Shown: one piece after another, positions 1 through 10,019 of the stretch | Numbering within the stretch: the first letter of the stretch is position 1 | Layout: each line of letters begins with the position of its first letter | From: a bacterium | GTDB lineage: Bacteria; J088; JAWLBW01 | Length of the DNA: 64,000 bases | Assembly: GCA_041690355.1 (NCBI GenBank) | Contig: JAWLHK010000012.1 | Coordinates: 1 to 64,000, forward strand | Direction of reading: 5' to 3' | Program-made: the position numbers and the translations under genes | The notes under the pieces: generated by a model | What the model saw: the letters and a program-made list of their open reading frames with translations, nothing else | What the model was told of the DNA's origin: nothing | Databases searched by the model: none

Positions 1-2198
1 AAGTCCTTCGCGTCGACGCCGAGCGACAGCAGGTACTTGCCGGCCGGGCTGTCCTTCTTGATGGAACCGGCCGGCGAGATGTGGTCGGTCGTGACCGAAT
101 CGCCCAGCACGGCCAGCACGCGGGCCCCCTGGATGTCCTTGACCCCCGGTGCTTCCTTCGGCATGTCCTGGAAGTACGGCGGATGCTGGATGTAGGTGCT
201 CTTCTCGTCCCACTGATAGAGATCGCTCTTCGGAGCGTCGAGCGAACGCCAGTTGTCGTCGCCGGCAAAGACGTCGGCGTACTGACGCTTGAACTGCTCG
301 CTGGTGACCTTCTCGCGCACCGTGGCCGCGACCTCTTCTGCGTCGGGCCAGACCTCCTTGAGGAAGACCGGCTCGCCGTTCGGATCGTAACCGAGCGGTT
401 CCTTCTCGAGATCGATGTCCATCGTGCCCGCGATGGCGTAGGCGACGACGAGCGGAGGCGACGCCAGGTAGTTGGCGCGCACGTCGGGATTGATGCGCCC
501 CTCGAAGTTCCGGTTCCCCGAGAGCACCGAGACGGCCACCAGGTTCCCTTCTTTGATGCCTGCGGAAACCGGTTCGGGCAGCGGGCCCGAGTTGCCGATG
601 CAGGTCGTGCAGCCGTAGCCGACGAGGTGAAATCCGAGGCCTTCCAGATACGGCAGCAGGCCCGCTTCGCGCAGGTATTCGGTGACGACCGTGCTGCCGG
701 GGGCGAGGCTCGTCTTGACCCACGGCTTCACGTCGAGGCCACGCTCGATGGCGTTCTTGGCCAGCAGGCCGGCGGCGACGAGCACGCCCGGGTTCGAGGT
801 GTTCGTGCAGCTCGTGATGGCGGCAATGACGACCGAGCCGTGGCCGAGGTTGAAGGCGGCACGCGGCGTGCGCACGGGAATGGCCTTCGCAATGGCGCCG
901 AGCGCGGGATCGATGACGCCGCCGGCGGCCACCGGCTGGCCCCCCTCGGTCACCCAGCGGTCGCGGGCTTCCTGCGGGATGTCCTTGATGTCCTTCTCCA
1001 TGAGCTCGAGCAGCGCCTTGCGGAAGGAGCGTTTGGAATCCTTGAGCGCAATGCGATCCTGCGGGCGCTTCGGGCCGGCGATGCTCGGTTCCACGGCCCC
1101 CAGATCGAGCTCGAGCGTATCGGAGAACGCCGGGTCGGCCATGTCGTCGGTGCGGAACAGTCCCTGCTCTTTCGCGTAGGCTTCGACCAGTTCGATGAGG
1201 TCGTCGGGGCGCCCGGAGAAGCGCAGGTATTCGAGCGTCTTCGCGTCGATGGGGAAGTAGCCGATGGTCGCGCCGTACTCGGGCGCCATGTTTGAAATCG
1301 TCGCCCGGTCAGCAATGGAAAGCGACGAGAGGCCGGCGCCGAAGAATTCCACGAACTTGCCGACGACCCCCCTCTTGCGCAGCATCTGGGTCACCGTGAG
1401 CACGAGGTCGGTCGCGGTCGTGCCGGGCTTGAGCTTGCCGGTCAGCTTGAAGCCGACGACTTCGGGGATCAGCATGGAGACCGGACGGCCGAGCATGGCC
1501 GCTTCGGCTTCGATGCCGCCCACGCCCCAGCCGACGACGCCAAGCCCGTTGACCATCGGGGTGTGCGAGTCGGTGCCCACGAGCGTGTCGGGATAGGCCC
1601 AGCCGTTCGCTTCGTTGCGGAAGACGACCGGCGCAAGAAACTCCAGGTTCACTTGGTGCACGATGCCGGTGTCCGGCGGCACAACGCGGAAGTTCGAGAA
1701 GGCCTTCTGCCCCCACTTGAGGAACACGTAGCGTTCCTTGTTCCGCTCGAACTCCAGGTCGGCGTTGCGCTGCATGGCGTTGGCCGAACCGAAGTAGTCG
1801 ATCTGCACCGAGTGATCGATGACGAGATCGACCGGCTGCAGCGGATTGATCTTGTTCGGGTCACCGCCCATGCGCTGCATGGCGTCGCGCATGGCGGCCA
1901 GGTCGACGATGGCCGGCACGCCGGTGAAGTCCTGCAGCAGGACGCGGGCCGGCATGTAGGCGATCTCCTTCTCGGGCGTCTTGGACGGACTCCAGTTCAG
2001 CACCGCCTCGATGTCGGTCTTCGTGACCAGCTCGCCGTCTTCGCGGCGGGCGAGGTTCTCGAGCAGGATCTTCATCGACATCGGCAGCTTCGACACTTTG
2101 CCGCCGCTGGCCTTGTCGAGCGCCTTGAGCGAAGCGATGGTCCACGACTTGCCGCCGACCTGCAGTTTCGCGTGGGACTGGAAGCTGTCTTGCGCCAT
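1..2198 (-). CDS. acnA: Aconitate hydratase A (3' end runs off window)
   Basis: Manual translation from ATG at 2198: MAQDSFQSH...[25 protein letters not shown]...[34 protein letters not shown]...[12 protein letters not shown]...[12 protein letters not shown]; absent from the ORF track because there is no stop in the window. Confidence 0.97.
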   Translation of the reverse strand, partial: MAQDSFQSHAKLQVGGKSWTIASLKALDKASGGKVSKLPMSMKILLENLARREDGELVTKTDIEAVLNWSPSKTPEKEIAYMPARVLLQDFTGVPAIVDLAAMRDAMQRMGGDPNKINPLQPVDLVIDHSVQIDYFGSANAMQRNADLEFERNKERYVFLKWGQKAFSNFRVVPPDTGIVHQVNLEFLAPVVFRNEANGWAYPDTLVGTDSHTPMVNGLGVVGWGVGGIEAEAAMLGRPVSMLIPEVVGFKLTGKLKPGTTATDLVLTVTQMLRKRGVVGKFVEFFGAGLSSLSIADRATISNMAPEYGATIGYFPIDAKTLEYLRFSGRPDDLIELVEAYAKEQGLFRTDDMADPAFSDTLELDLGAVEPSIAGPKRPQDRIALKDSKRSFRKALLELMEKDIKDIPQEARDRWVTEGGQPVAAGGVIDPALGAIAKAIPVRTPRAAFNLGHGSVVIAAITSCTNTSNPGVLVAAGLLAKNAIERGLDVKPWVKTSLAPGSTVVTEYLREAGLLPYLEGLGFHLVGYGCTTCIGNSGPLPEPVSAGIKEGNLVAVSVLSGNRNFEGRINPDVRANYLASPPLVVAYAIAGTMDIDLEKEPLGYDPNGEPVFLKEVWPDAEEVAATVREKVTSEQFKRQYADVFAGDDNWRSLDAPKSDLYQWDEKSTYIQHPPYFQDMPKEAPGVKDIQGARVLAVLGDSVTTDHISPAGSIKKDSPAGKYLLSLGVDAKD

Positions 2199-2263
2199 GA
2201 GAACCTCGGGAAGGATAAAAGGGTTATTCTAGCACTCCGGGCGGCGGGGGGTCGAGCCCTCGG

Positions 2264-2298
2264 CAATGATCAATGGCCAATGATCAATGATCAATGGC
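2264..2298. repeat. Heptamer tandem array (CAATGAT/CAATGGC)x5
   Basis: caatgat caatggc caatgat caatgat caatggc. Confidence 0.9.
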
Positions 2299-2567
2299 CG
2301 AGAAGCAAGGGCGTGGGTGACCGGAGGGGAAGCCCGGTCTTCACGTCTGCCCGCTGGAGGATGCTCCCCGCATCCCTTCCGGTGAACAGGGGTTCTGCGT
2401 GCCGGAGGGGCGCTTCTCGATAGCCCGGGACGGAAGCCCCGGGATGACGGGGGGGTGTGCGGATTTCCCCGGGGTCGGAAGCGCCGGCACGGCGCGCGCG
2501 AGCCGTCCTTCATGTCCACGGCCGCAGCGATCAGGATAGCCCGGGGGACCGAGGGCGCACTGTGACG

Positions 2568-3848
2568 CTACGCGAATTCCTCGGTCTTGGGTCCCCCTCC
2601 AAGGGGAACGGCGGGGGGTGCCTCCAGGAACGCAATCAGCTCGTCACGGCGCTTCGCCGCATCCTCGTAACCCAGTTGCGCCAGACAGCGCGTGTACTTC
2701 GGCTCGAAGACCAGGTAGCTGAACAGCTCCCGCCCCTCGACGGGATTCAGGGAAAGCAGGCGCATGGCGAACCGCTCGAACGCGCTGAAGCTTTCGTCGA
2801 GATAGGGGTTGTGGCGCAAGAGTTCCGCAAAGACCTCAGACAGGTCACGGCTCGGCTGAATGGCCAGGGCCGAGACCCGCCGCAGACCGCGTCCCGCGAT
2901 GTCTTCCCGATCCGTCCCCGCCGCCAGATGCGCGTTGATGCGATCGAGAAAGTCGGAGCCGTAGACCTCGCTCCCCCAGTCGATCAGCTTGTTGATGCGC
3001 GTGAGCTGCTCCATGTCGTAGGTGACGCGATCCTGGAAGATGCTGTCGGCGATGGCCGCCGCGATGCGGCCCACTCCAGGGGGCGTGTCCTTGACGGGAT
3101 GCTGGGCCTTCTCCGGCGCATGCATGCCGATGACGAGCACCCGATCGGCGCCGAGCTGAATGGCCGGGCTGATCGGCGTATTCAGGTGCAGGCCGCCGTC
3201 GGAGTAGAAGCACTCGCGGATCTGCACGGCGGGAAAAACGAATGGGATCGAAGCGCTCGCCGCCACGTGCCGCGGGTCGATGGGCACGTCGTAGACGGGA
3301 TACGGGCCGTGGTACTCCACTTCGGGTCGCTTCTCGAGGAACAGCTCGGTGCGATTGTAGGTCAGGTTCGTGGCGGCGAGCACGATGCCGTCCAGGTGCC
3401 CCGCGGCCAGGTTCCGGCGGATGTTCCCGAAGGGGATCAATTCCTTCAGGTATCCGGGCAGCGGACGCGCGTCAAAGAGCGACACGAAGCCGCGGGCGAG
3501 CGGATTCCGCTGTTTGCCCGGATTGAAGCGGAGAAAGTTGCCGGCGATGCTCGAGGTGGTCTGCAGGATGAATTTGCCGACTTCAGACCAGTCGCGGCGG
3601 TAGATGCGATCGCCGTCGATGTTCTCCCAGAGGCTTCGCAGCATGACCCCCTGCTCGCGGGGGTCGTCGGCGAACGCAGCGAGAAAGGCGGCGTTCACGG
3701 CGCCGACGCTCGTGCCGCAGTAGAGATCGAAGGGGATGGACCGCCACGGCTCGGGGAGCCCCGTGCGCAGATAGTGGACGACGCCGGCCTCGTAGGCGCC
3801 GCGCGCCCCGCCGCCCGACAGCACCAGTGCCAGCCGCCCGCGTTCCAT
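2568..3848 (-). CDS. Patatin-like phospholipase
   Basis: LVLSGGGARGAY, GTSVG nucleophile and DGG motifs. Confidence 0.92.
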   Translation of the reverse strand: MERGRLALVLSGGGARGAYEAGVVHYLRTGLPEPWRSIPFDLYCGTSVGAVNAAFLAAFADDPREQGVMLRSLWENIDGDRIYRRDWSEVGKFILQTTSSIAGNFLRFNPGKQRNPLARGFVSLFDARPLPGYLKELIPFGNIRRNLAAGHLDGIVLAATNLTYNRTELFLEKRPEVEYHGPYPVYDVPIDPRHVAASASIPFVFPAVQIRECFYSDGGLHLNTPISPAIQLGADRVLVIGMHAPEKAQHPVKDTPPGVGRIAAAIADSIFQDRVTYDMEQLTRINKLIDWGSEVYGSDFLDRINAHLAAGTDREDIAGRGLRRVSALAIQPSRDLSEVFAELLRHNPYLDESFSAFERFAMRLLSLNPVEGRELFSYLVFEPKYTRCLAQLGYEDAAKRRDELIAFLEAPPAVPLGGGPKTEEFA

Positions 3849-3873
3849 GCGCCCACATCATACCGTGCGCGAG

Positions 3874-3936
3874 GCGCAAAGCGCCAAGCGCCGAGCGCTG
3901 AGCGCCGAGCGCTGAGCGCCGAGCCCCAAGCATCAA
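3874..3936. repeat. Heptamer tandem array (GCGCYGA-like)x9
   Basis: gcgcaaa gcgccaa gcgccga gcgctga gcgccga gcgctga gcgccga gccccaa gcatcaa. Confidence 0.9.
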
Positions 3937-3937
3937 T

Positions 3938-4067
3938 CCGTTCGTGTCGAGCCGACCGCCGGCAGCAGCGCGAACGGCGACAGCGAGACAGACGCCTGGT
4001 ACTACTGGTGCGCTCCCTCGCTGTCGGCTTCCACTCCCGTTTCGGCCCGTCAGCTCGGGACGAACGG
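3938..4067. repeat. Long palindromic dispersed element (REPIN/MITE-like), copy A
   Basis: Terminal inverted repeats ccgttcgtgtcgagccgac...gtcagctcgggacgaacgg; inner stem cgacagcgag/ctcgctgtcg; homologous to 9805-9949. Confidence 0.8.
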
Positions 4068-4075
4068 TGTCCCTG

Positions 4076-4110
4076 AAATCGTCAATCGTAAATTGTCAAT
4101 CGTCAATGGC
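4076..4110. repeat. Heptamer tandem array (MAATCGT)x5
   Basis: aaatcgt caatcgt aaattgt caatcgt caatggc. Confidence 0.9.
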
Positions 4111-4116
4111 CCTCAA

Positions 4117-4146
4117 TTGACACCCATGGCCCCTCCCGACTATCCT
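4117..4146 (+). promoter_or_regulatory. Sigma70-like promoter, probably leaderless
   Basis: TTGACA-N18-TATCCT, 7 nt before ATG 4154. Confidence 0.65.
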
Positions 4147-4153
4147 TGTAAGC

Positions 4154-4954
4154 ATGTCTCTCCCGCCCGTTCAGCCCACCGTCCGCAATGTAACGTTCGA
4201 CGTCGAGCAGGCGCCGCGCTACTGGCACGGCGGCGACCCGGCGATCACGGCGCTCTTCAATGCGCTGTCGACACTGTTCCCCGAAGGGGAGAAGTTCTTC
4301 ATCCGCAGCGTGCGCCAGTTCTCCGATCGCATCACGGATCCGCAGCTGCAGGAAGATGTGAAGGCCTTCTGCGGGCAGGAGGCCGTGCACAGCCGCGAAC
4401 ACGACCGCCTCAATGCGCATATTCATGCGGAATGGGGCGACATCGTCCGCAAGAAGGAACGCGCCATCGGCGGCTTGCTGCGCTGGGCCGAAAAGCGCAT
4501 GACGCCGCACTACCGGCTCGCCGTCACCTGCGCCATCGAGCACTGGACGGCCATGCTCGCCGAGGCCGTGCTGTCGAACCCGGATATGCTCAAGGACGCT
4601 CCGCCCGAGATGGCGGCTATCTGGCGCTGGCACGCCCGGGAAGAGATCGAGCACAAGGCGGTCGCCTTCGACGTCTTCCGCACGGTGGGCGGACCCTTCT
4701 GGCTGCGCGCGCTCGCGTTCTTCAACGAAAGCATCCTGTTCATGACCGTGCTCGGCGTCATGATCAACGCGCTGCTCAAGGTAGACGGTCAACCGCGCTT
4801 GCGCAGCTGGATGCGCATCCTGGGCTTCTTCTGGTTCGGCCCGGTGAACGGGTTCCGCGTCCTGCGCCGCTGGGTGAGCTACTTCAATCCACGGTTCCAC
4901 CCGTGGAAGCATGACGATCGACCGCTGCTGCAGGCGGCCGAGCAGTATACCTGA
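4154..4954 (+). CDS. Predicted metal-dependent hydrolase (ferritin-like, PF10118-type)
   Basis: FPEGEKFFIRSV, QEAVHSREH, EHWTA and WHAREEIEHKAVAFDV motifs. Confidence 0.9.
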   Translation: MSLPPVQPTVRNVTFDVEQAPRYWHGGDPAITALFNALSTLFPEGEKFFIRSVRQFSDRITDPQLQEDVKAFCGQEAVHSREHDRLNAHIHAEWGDIVRKKERAIGGLLRWAEKRMTPHYRLAVTCAIEHWTAMLAEAVLSNPDMLKDAPPEMAAIWRWHAREEIEHKAVAFDVFRTVGGPFWLRALAFFNESILFMTVLGVMINALLKVDGQPRLRSWMRILGFFWFGPVNGFRVLRRWVSYFNPRFHPWKHDDRPLLQAAEQYT

Positions 4955-4964
4955 CGGTCGTCGG

Positions 4965-5004
4965 ACCCCCCATCCGCTTCGCTACGGGGGGCAATGCGCC
5001 GGAC
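4965..5004. repeat. Dispersed 40-bp REP-like repeat, copy 1
   Basis: accccccatccgcttcgctacggggggcaatgcgccggac; 2 mismatches to 18940-18979. Confidence 0.85.
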
Positions 5005-5200
5005 CACCGACAGCGCCACCACCTCCCGCCTGCGCTGCCGCGCATGGCGCCCTCCTCCTCCAGCGAGGAGGAGGGGGGGAGTGCTCACCGATCGACAACT
5101 GTTCTTTCCCTTCGAGATCATTGACCCGCCGCCTTGCGAAGGCGGAGGGTCCGGGCGGGTCGATCCCGCCCGGGGGAGGTGGTAGATACCCGGCAGCCCC

Positions 5201-5812
5201 TCACATCCCCAACGGAATCTCCCCCCGCACGCTCGTAAGGCTCCCGTGCGGACCCACGTCGCCCACGGCAATCGCGCGGGCGTAGCCCACGGCCCGCACG
5301 TCGCCGAGCAGCGCCCGCGCCGCTTCGATGCGCTCGGGGGGAACCTTGCCGATCGTGAAGTGCGGCGACCAGGCGTCGAGCGACTGGGGAAACCCGATGT
5401 GGTCGAGGCGAGCCTGCTCCTCGGGATTCAGGCGGTCGCGCCTGTCCTCCCAGATGGCGGCGCGCGCGTTCCCGTGCAGCGGCTGCAGCTTGTGGATCAT
5501 CCAGCGGTGCAGATGATCCAGCGCGGCGCTTCTGTCCACCAGCGCGAGCACGGTCCCCTGCGGCGACACCATCGCGCGCCGCACATGGATCGCCACGTCG
5601 CGCACGTCGGCCACATTGTTCCGCACGAGCGGTTCGATGAGCGGAACACAATCCGGCTCGTACCCGGTCATGTAGAGCGTGAGGTGCGGATGCGGCGGCG
5701 CATCGGGCTGCAGAACGAGGCTGTTGCCGGCGCCATCCGCCAGCAGGGCCGACAGTTCCGCCAGCGTGCGCGCCAGGTTCTCGTCGGGCAGGAGAGCGAC
5801 GTTGATGTCCAT
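5201..5812 (-). CDS. 2H phosphoesterase / 2'-5' RNA ligase family protein
   Basis: Two HxT motifs (PHLTL, PHFTI); start MDINV. Confidence 0.82.
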   Translation of the reverse strand: MDINVALLPDENLARTLAELSALLADGAGNSLVLQPDAPPHPHLTLYMTGYEPDCVPLIEPLVRNNVADVRDVAIHVRRAMVSPQGTVLALVDRSAALDHLHRWMIHKLQPLHGNARAAIWEDRRDRLNPEEQARLDHIGFPQSLDAWSPHFTIGKVPPERIEAARALLGDVRAVGYARAIAVGDVGPHGSLTSVRGEIPLGM

Positions 5813-5890
5813 GCGCTCAGTGTACCGCACCGCCCGCCATGCGCGGGGCGCGCGTCTCCGGTAAACTGACCGCTTCGGAGGACGATTCGC

Positions 5891-7495
5891 ATGTCACGTC
5901 GCAGCTTCTGGGGTTGGGGATACGAAGATCAGGCGCTCACGCCCGAACAGCGCGAGCCGCTCAAGATGCTCACGCAGATGCAGTTTCCCCAGGCCGCGCC
6001 CGAGCCGGTCACGCCGCCGCGCCTCGAGGAGATCGAGCTGCGCGCGCCCCGCATTGCGCCGCCGGCTTCGCTCGCGGAAATCGTCAGCACCGACAAACAC
6101 GAGCGCGCGGCGCACACGTACGGAAAAGCCTATCGCGACATCGTGCGCGCGCTGGAGCGGAACTTCACGGCCGCCCCCGACGCCGTGGCCTTCCCGCGGA
6201 GCGAAGCGGAGATCGGCGACGTGCTCGACTGGTGCGCGCGCGAGCGCATCGCGGTCATCCCCTACGGCGGCGGGTCGTCGGTGGTCGGCGGGGTGGAACA
6301 TCGGTACGAGGGGGACTGGCGCGGCGCCCTCACGCTCGACATGCGCAACATGAACCGCCTTCTGGAAGTGGACTCCGTCTCGCGGGCCGCGCGGATTGAA
6401 GGGGGCATCTACGGGCCGGCCCTCGAAGAAGCGCTGAAGCCGCACGGCTACTCGATTCGCCACTATCCGCAGTCCTTTGAATTTTCCACGCTCGGCGGCT
6501 GGGTGGCTACGCGCGCCGGCGGTCATTACGCGACCAACTACACCCACATCGACGACTTTGTGGAATCGGTGCGCGTGCTCACGCCGCGCGGCGACCTGGA
6601 AAGCCGCCGTCTTCCCGGCAGCGGCGCGGGACCCTCGCCCGACCGGATGTTCATCGGATCCGAGGGGGCGCTGGGGATCATCACGTCGGCGTGGATGCGC
6701 GTGCAGGATCGCCCGAAGTTCCGCGCGGCGGCGACGGTGAAATTCGACGACTTCCTCGACGGGGCCGAAGCCGCGCGCCTGATTGCGCAATCGGGACTCT
6801 TTCCGGCCAACTGCCGACTCATCGACGCGCAGGAAGCCTTCAACAACGGCGTGGGCGACGGCTCGGCGAATCTCCTGCTGCTCGGGTTCGAATCCGCGGA
6901 TCATCCGCTCGATCCCTGGATGGACCGTGCGCTCGAGATCGCCCGCGGCTGCGGCGGGCAGGTTTCCGAAGGAACCGGGCGCACCAAGGTGACCCAGGAA
7001 GGAGAACGCGAGGGTTCGGCCGGCGACTGGCGCAACATGTTCATCCGCGCGCCGTACATGCGCGACGCCCTGGCGCTGCTCGGGATGATCGTGGAAACCT
7101 TCGAAACGAGCATCACGTGGGAGCGTTTCCGCGAGTTCCACTTCGCGATCACCGAGGCCGTCACCGCGGCGGCGCACGAGGTCTGCGGGGGCGCCATCGT
7201 CACCTGCCGCTTTACACACGTCTACCCCGACGGTCCGGCGCCCTACTACACGGTGCTCGCGCCGGGCAAGCCCGGAAGTTCCCGGGTCACCCAGTGGGAC
7301 GAGCTCAAGCGCGCGGCTTCCGAGGCGCTCCACAAGCACGGGGGAACGATCACGCATCACCACGCCGTCGGCCGCGATCACCGCCCGTGGTACGACCACC
7401 AGCGCCCCGATCTCTTCGCCGACGCCCTGCGCGCCGCCAAGCGCACCCTGGACCCCGAGGGGATGCTGAATCCCGGCGTGCTGATCGATGCGTGA
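5891..7495 (+). CDS. FAD-binding oxidoreductase, alkyl-dihydroxyacetonephosphate synthase-like
   Basis: PYGGGSSVVGG, HYPQSFEFSTLGGW, GSEGALGII, THVYPDG, HHHAVGRDH, LDPEGMLNPG. Confidence 0.9.
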   Translation: MSRRSFWGWGYEDQALTPEQREPLKMLTQMQFPQAAPEPVTPPRLEEIELRAPRIAPPASLAEIVSTDKHERAAHTYGKAYRDIVRALERNFTAAPDAVAFPRSEAEIGDVLDWCARERIAVIPYGGGSSVVGGVEHRYEGDWRGALTLDMRNMNRLLEVDSVSRAARIEGGIYGPALEEALKPHGYSIRHYPQSFEFSTLGGWVATRAGGHYATNYTHIDDFVESVRVLTPRGDLESRRLPGSGAGPSPDRMFIGSEGALGIITSAWMRVQDRPKFRAAATVKFDDFLDGAEAARLIAQSGLFPANCRLIDAQEAFNNGVGDGSANLLLLGFESADHPLDPWMDRALEIARGCGGQVSEGTGRTKVTQEGEREGSAGDWRNMFIRAPYMRDALALLGMIVETFETSITWERFREFHFAITEAVTAAAHEVCGGAIVTCRFTHVYPDGPAPYYTVLAPGKPGSSRVTQWDELKRAASEALHKHGGTITHHHAVGRDHRPWYDHQRPDLFADALRAAKRTLDPEGMLNPGVLIDA

Positions 7496-7549
7496 GCCGT
7501 CGTCCGACGCTGGTTGACAGCATGCGATTCAGTTCGCGAGAATCGGATC

Positions 7550-7785
7550 ATGCCTGTCGAAGTAAACATATCCGACGCGAAGAAAAGGCTGTCACGCCTT
7601 CTGCGGTCGGTAGAGGAAGGCGAGGAGTTCCTCATCACGCGTGATGGCCGACGCGTTGCCAGGTTGACGCCGTATTCGCACAGGCCGGATCTCAGCTGGA
7701 TAGGGAAGGCGCGCGGAAAAGTCCGAATGCACGCAGATTTGGACGCGCCTCTGCCGGGATTCGAGGGGGCGATTTCTACAAGTGA
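7550..7785 (+). pseudogene. Orphan Phd/YefM-family antitoxin, apparent frameshift near 3' end
   Basis: MPVEVNISDAKKRLSRLLRSVEEGEEFLITRDGRRVARL; G5 tract at 7765-7769; family-like end (DFYK*) is out of frame at 7783-7785; as written the ORF runs to 8290. Confidence 0.7.
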
Positions 7786-7804
7786 CCCGGCGTTAGTCGC
7801 GTTC

Positions 7805-8182
7805 CTACCCATACGGCACATACACGAAAGAATACCGATCCGGCGGAAAATCACGCGTGTTCCGCGTAACCAGACGCAGGCCTTCGCGAAGCGCCAGCGC
7901 GGCCTGAAACGCATCGGGCAGTTTCCACTTTTCCCGCGCGCGCAGACGGGCCGCTTCGTCGGCCAGTTCGAAGTCCGCGGCCAGAAACGCGAACGAGCGC
8001 AAGAGATCGCGGATGCGGTCCCGCTCTTTATCGGCTGCGCCGGCCAGCGTCTCGGCGACGGTTATGAACGATACGCAACTGTCGAGGCCGGCTTCGAGAA
8101 GAAAACGGCGCGCGGCCTCAATGCCGTTGAGGTGGTCGATGAGAAGGGTGGAGTCGAGCAGAAAATGCGGGCGGACGCTCAC
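7805..8182 (-). CDS. vapC: PIN-domain toxin VapC
   Basis: LLDSTLLID, TVAETLAG, LPDAFQAALA, LVTRNTRDF; GTG overlaps the antitoxin stop. Confidence 0.9.
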   Translation of the reverse strand: MSVRPHFLLDSTLLIDHLNGIEAARRFLLEAGLDSCVSFITVAETLAGAADKERDRIRDLLRSFAFLAADFELADEAARLRAREKWKLPDAFQAALALREGLRLVTRNTRDFPPDRYSFVYVPYG

Positions 8183-8433
8183 CGGTCCCATTCCCTGCGC
8201 AGCCGGCGCACGGCAGCCACCGAGTCTTCGCCACGCCGGATGCCGAAGGTGGCATCAAGCCGTTTCGCGAGCGTGGCCCGTTCTTCGTGACGGGTGCGAT
8301 ATTCAGCGACCGCTTCGCGCACGATCTCGGCCATGCTCTCCTCCCGCTCGCGGCTCATCTTTTCGAGCCACGCCCGCTCTTCGGCCGGGAGGGTGATCAA
8401 GAGACGAGGCGGCAATGCAGGCTTGCGCGTCAT
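8179..8433 (-). CDS. vapB: CopG/RHH antitoxin (VapB)
   Basis: LLITLPAEERAWLEKMSREREESMAEIVREAV; coupled to the PIN gene. Confidence 0.85.
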   Translation of the reverse strand: MTRKPALPPRLLITLPAEERAWLEKMSREREESMAEIVREAVAEYRTRHEERATLAKRLDATFGIRRGEDSVAAVRRLRREWDR

Positions 8434-8462
8434 GATATCACTTTATCACATTCGTGATATCA
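8433..8462. promoter_or_regulatory. vapBC operator palindrome over the -10
   Basis: TGATATCAC-N12-GTGATATCA; minus-strand TAAAGT 6 nt before ATG. Confidence 0.75.
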
Positions 8463-8688
8463 GTGGACAGGGACAGGGTGCGCGCATGATCAATGTCGAT
8501 GATCAATGCCGAATCCCGAGGCGAGGCCCACACGGTTCGTGGGTTTCAGGTGGAGTCGGTGGCTGCAAGGACGCCCTCACGCTGGCGGCGCTTCCGCTGG
8601 TCGCGCCCGTCGGCTCAGGACGGGAAGTCGCTGCGCGAAGGATCCATGACCGATTGGTAATGCCGCACCGGACAAGTCTGGCGCCGAA

Positions 8689-9660
8689 TCAGCGCTTGAC
8701 CTTGTCGGGGAGCATGTAGGGATAGTCCTTCCCCAGAATGCCGTGCAGGAACCGATCGATCTTGCGGGACCCGAGGTAGATGCGCCAGATGAGCGCGTCT
8801 TCGCGGTAGTAGGCCTGCACCTCGTGCACGCTGAGCGGCGCCTGGGGAAATGCGGACTGCGCGAACCAGTCGTTCGCCGTCTCAATCAGCGAGGGAACGT
8901 CGGCGCTGCGCCCCTCTTTGTAGAAGTTGGCGATCATGTCGATGGCCACCTTGCGCAGGTCGTAGTAGCGCGTGAGCACGTCCTCGAGAAAAAGCATGCG
9001 GATGATCCAAACGAGAAACGAGGGGGCGCTGCGCAGGAACAGCTCCGGATCGAGCTGCTCGACCCCCGCCTTGCGCAGGAGCGGCGTACTCGTGTCGAGG
9101 TAGTCGAGGGGAACGGTCTCCCCGGCATCCAGGCGGGACATCGCGTCCGAAGAACGGAATGCCCAGTTGGAGATCTGGCCGTCGATGGCGATCTCGGCGG
9201 TCCCCTTCTGCGCGGCGTTGTATGCAAACACCCGCTCGGTCTCGGTCAGCGCCGATCGCAGCAGCGCTCCCAGGCCGCGCGCGCTCAGCTGCGGAATGGC
9301 CGCCTGCGCGACCCGTTCGCGCGGCAGGCGCTCCTGGGCGATGTAGACGACCACCTTGCCGCGGTGCCGGCCCAGACGCACCGTGCGGCTCGGTACGACG
9401 CGCACGCCGACGGCGCCGTTCAGAAGATTCACGTATTCCGCATAGAGGGATTCGTAGGCCGCGACCTCGGCGTCATCGAGGAACATGGGCATGCGCTTGA
9501 GGGCGACGTGCGCGGCCTCGGGCGCCTCGACGGCGAGCACGGTGCTGATCTCGCCGTATCCGAGCACGCGCACGGGAATGGCGCTCGAAGCCGGCTGCCG
9601 CAACTGCAGACCCGCTTCGAGGCGCTCGAGGAATTCAGGATCGATCTTCAAGGTATCCAT
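8689..9660 (-). CDS. Hypothetical protein with protein-kinase-like motifs (DUF6206-like)
   Basis: VLGYGEISTV, ALKR, DGQISNW, YLDTSTP; start MDTLK chosen. Confidence 0.65.
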   Translation of the reverse strand: MDTLKIDPEFLERLEAGLQLRQPASSAIPVRVLGYGEISTVLAVEAPEAAHVALKRMPMFLDDAEVAAYESLYAEYVNLLNGAVGVRVVPSRTVRLGRHRGKVVVYIAQERLPRERVAQAAIPQLSARGLGALLRSALTETERVFAYNAAQKGTAEIAIDGQISNWAFRSSDAMSRLDAGETVPLDYLDTSTPLLRKAGVEQLDPELFLRSAPSFLVWIIRMLFLEDVLTRYYDLRKVAIDMIANFYKEGRSADVPSLIETANDWFAQSAFPQAPLSVHEVQAYYREDALIWRIYLGSRKIDRFLHGILGKDYPYMLPDKVKR

Positions 9661-9668
9661 AGGCTGTA

Positions 9669-9696
9669 GCGCCAAGCGCTGAGCGCTGAGCACAGA
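9669..9696. repeat. Heptamer array (GCGCTGA-like)x4
   Basis: gcgccaa gcgctga gcgctga gcacaga. Confidence 0.8.
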
Positions 9697-9804
9697 GAAA
9701 GAATCTTTGAATCCGCAGGCCATTCGTCATTCAATTACTCGTAGCTTGTCTTCGGGGTCTCCCATCGGGGGACGGCAGGGAGGGGCATTCCGCGCCCGCC
9801 GTTT

Positions 9805-9949
9805 CCGTTCGTGTCGAGCCGACGGCCGGCAGCAGCGCCCCTCCCGTCGGGACAGGCTCCGGCGACGGCGAGACAGGCGCCCAGGCTCCCATGTGCGACC
9901 TCTCGCTGTCGCGTCCACTCCGTTCCCGCCGTCAGCTCGAGGCGAACGG
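9805..9949. repeat. Long palindromic dispersed element (REPIN/MITE-like), copy B
   Basis: ccgttcgtgtcgagccgacgg...ccgtcagctcgaggcgaacgg; homologous to 3938-4067. Confidence 0.8.
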
Positions 9950-9987
9950 ATTCGTAGCCACTAGAGAATACAGAGGCCCTTTCCGGC

Positions 9988-10019
9988 AAATCGTCAATCG
10001 TAAATCGTCAATCGTCAAT
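9988..10019. repeat. Heptamer array (MAATCGT)x4.5 containing the aminotransferase stop
   Basis: aaatcgt caatcgt aaatcgt caatcgt caat. Confidence 0.9.

Noticed and set aside
81-2423. Long plus-strand ORFs (81..1295, 1563..2423) and similar long antisense ORFs across the window (e.g. 2457..4076, 47242..48822, 49530..51353)
   Set aside because: Shadows of real genes on the opposite strand, expected with high-GC codon usage; no recognisable motifs
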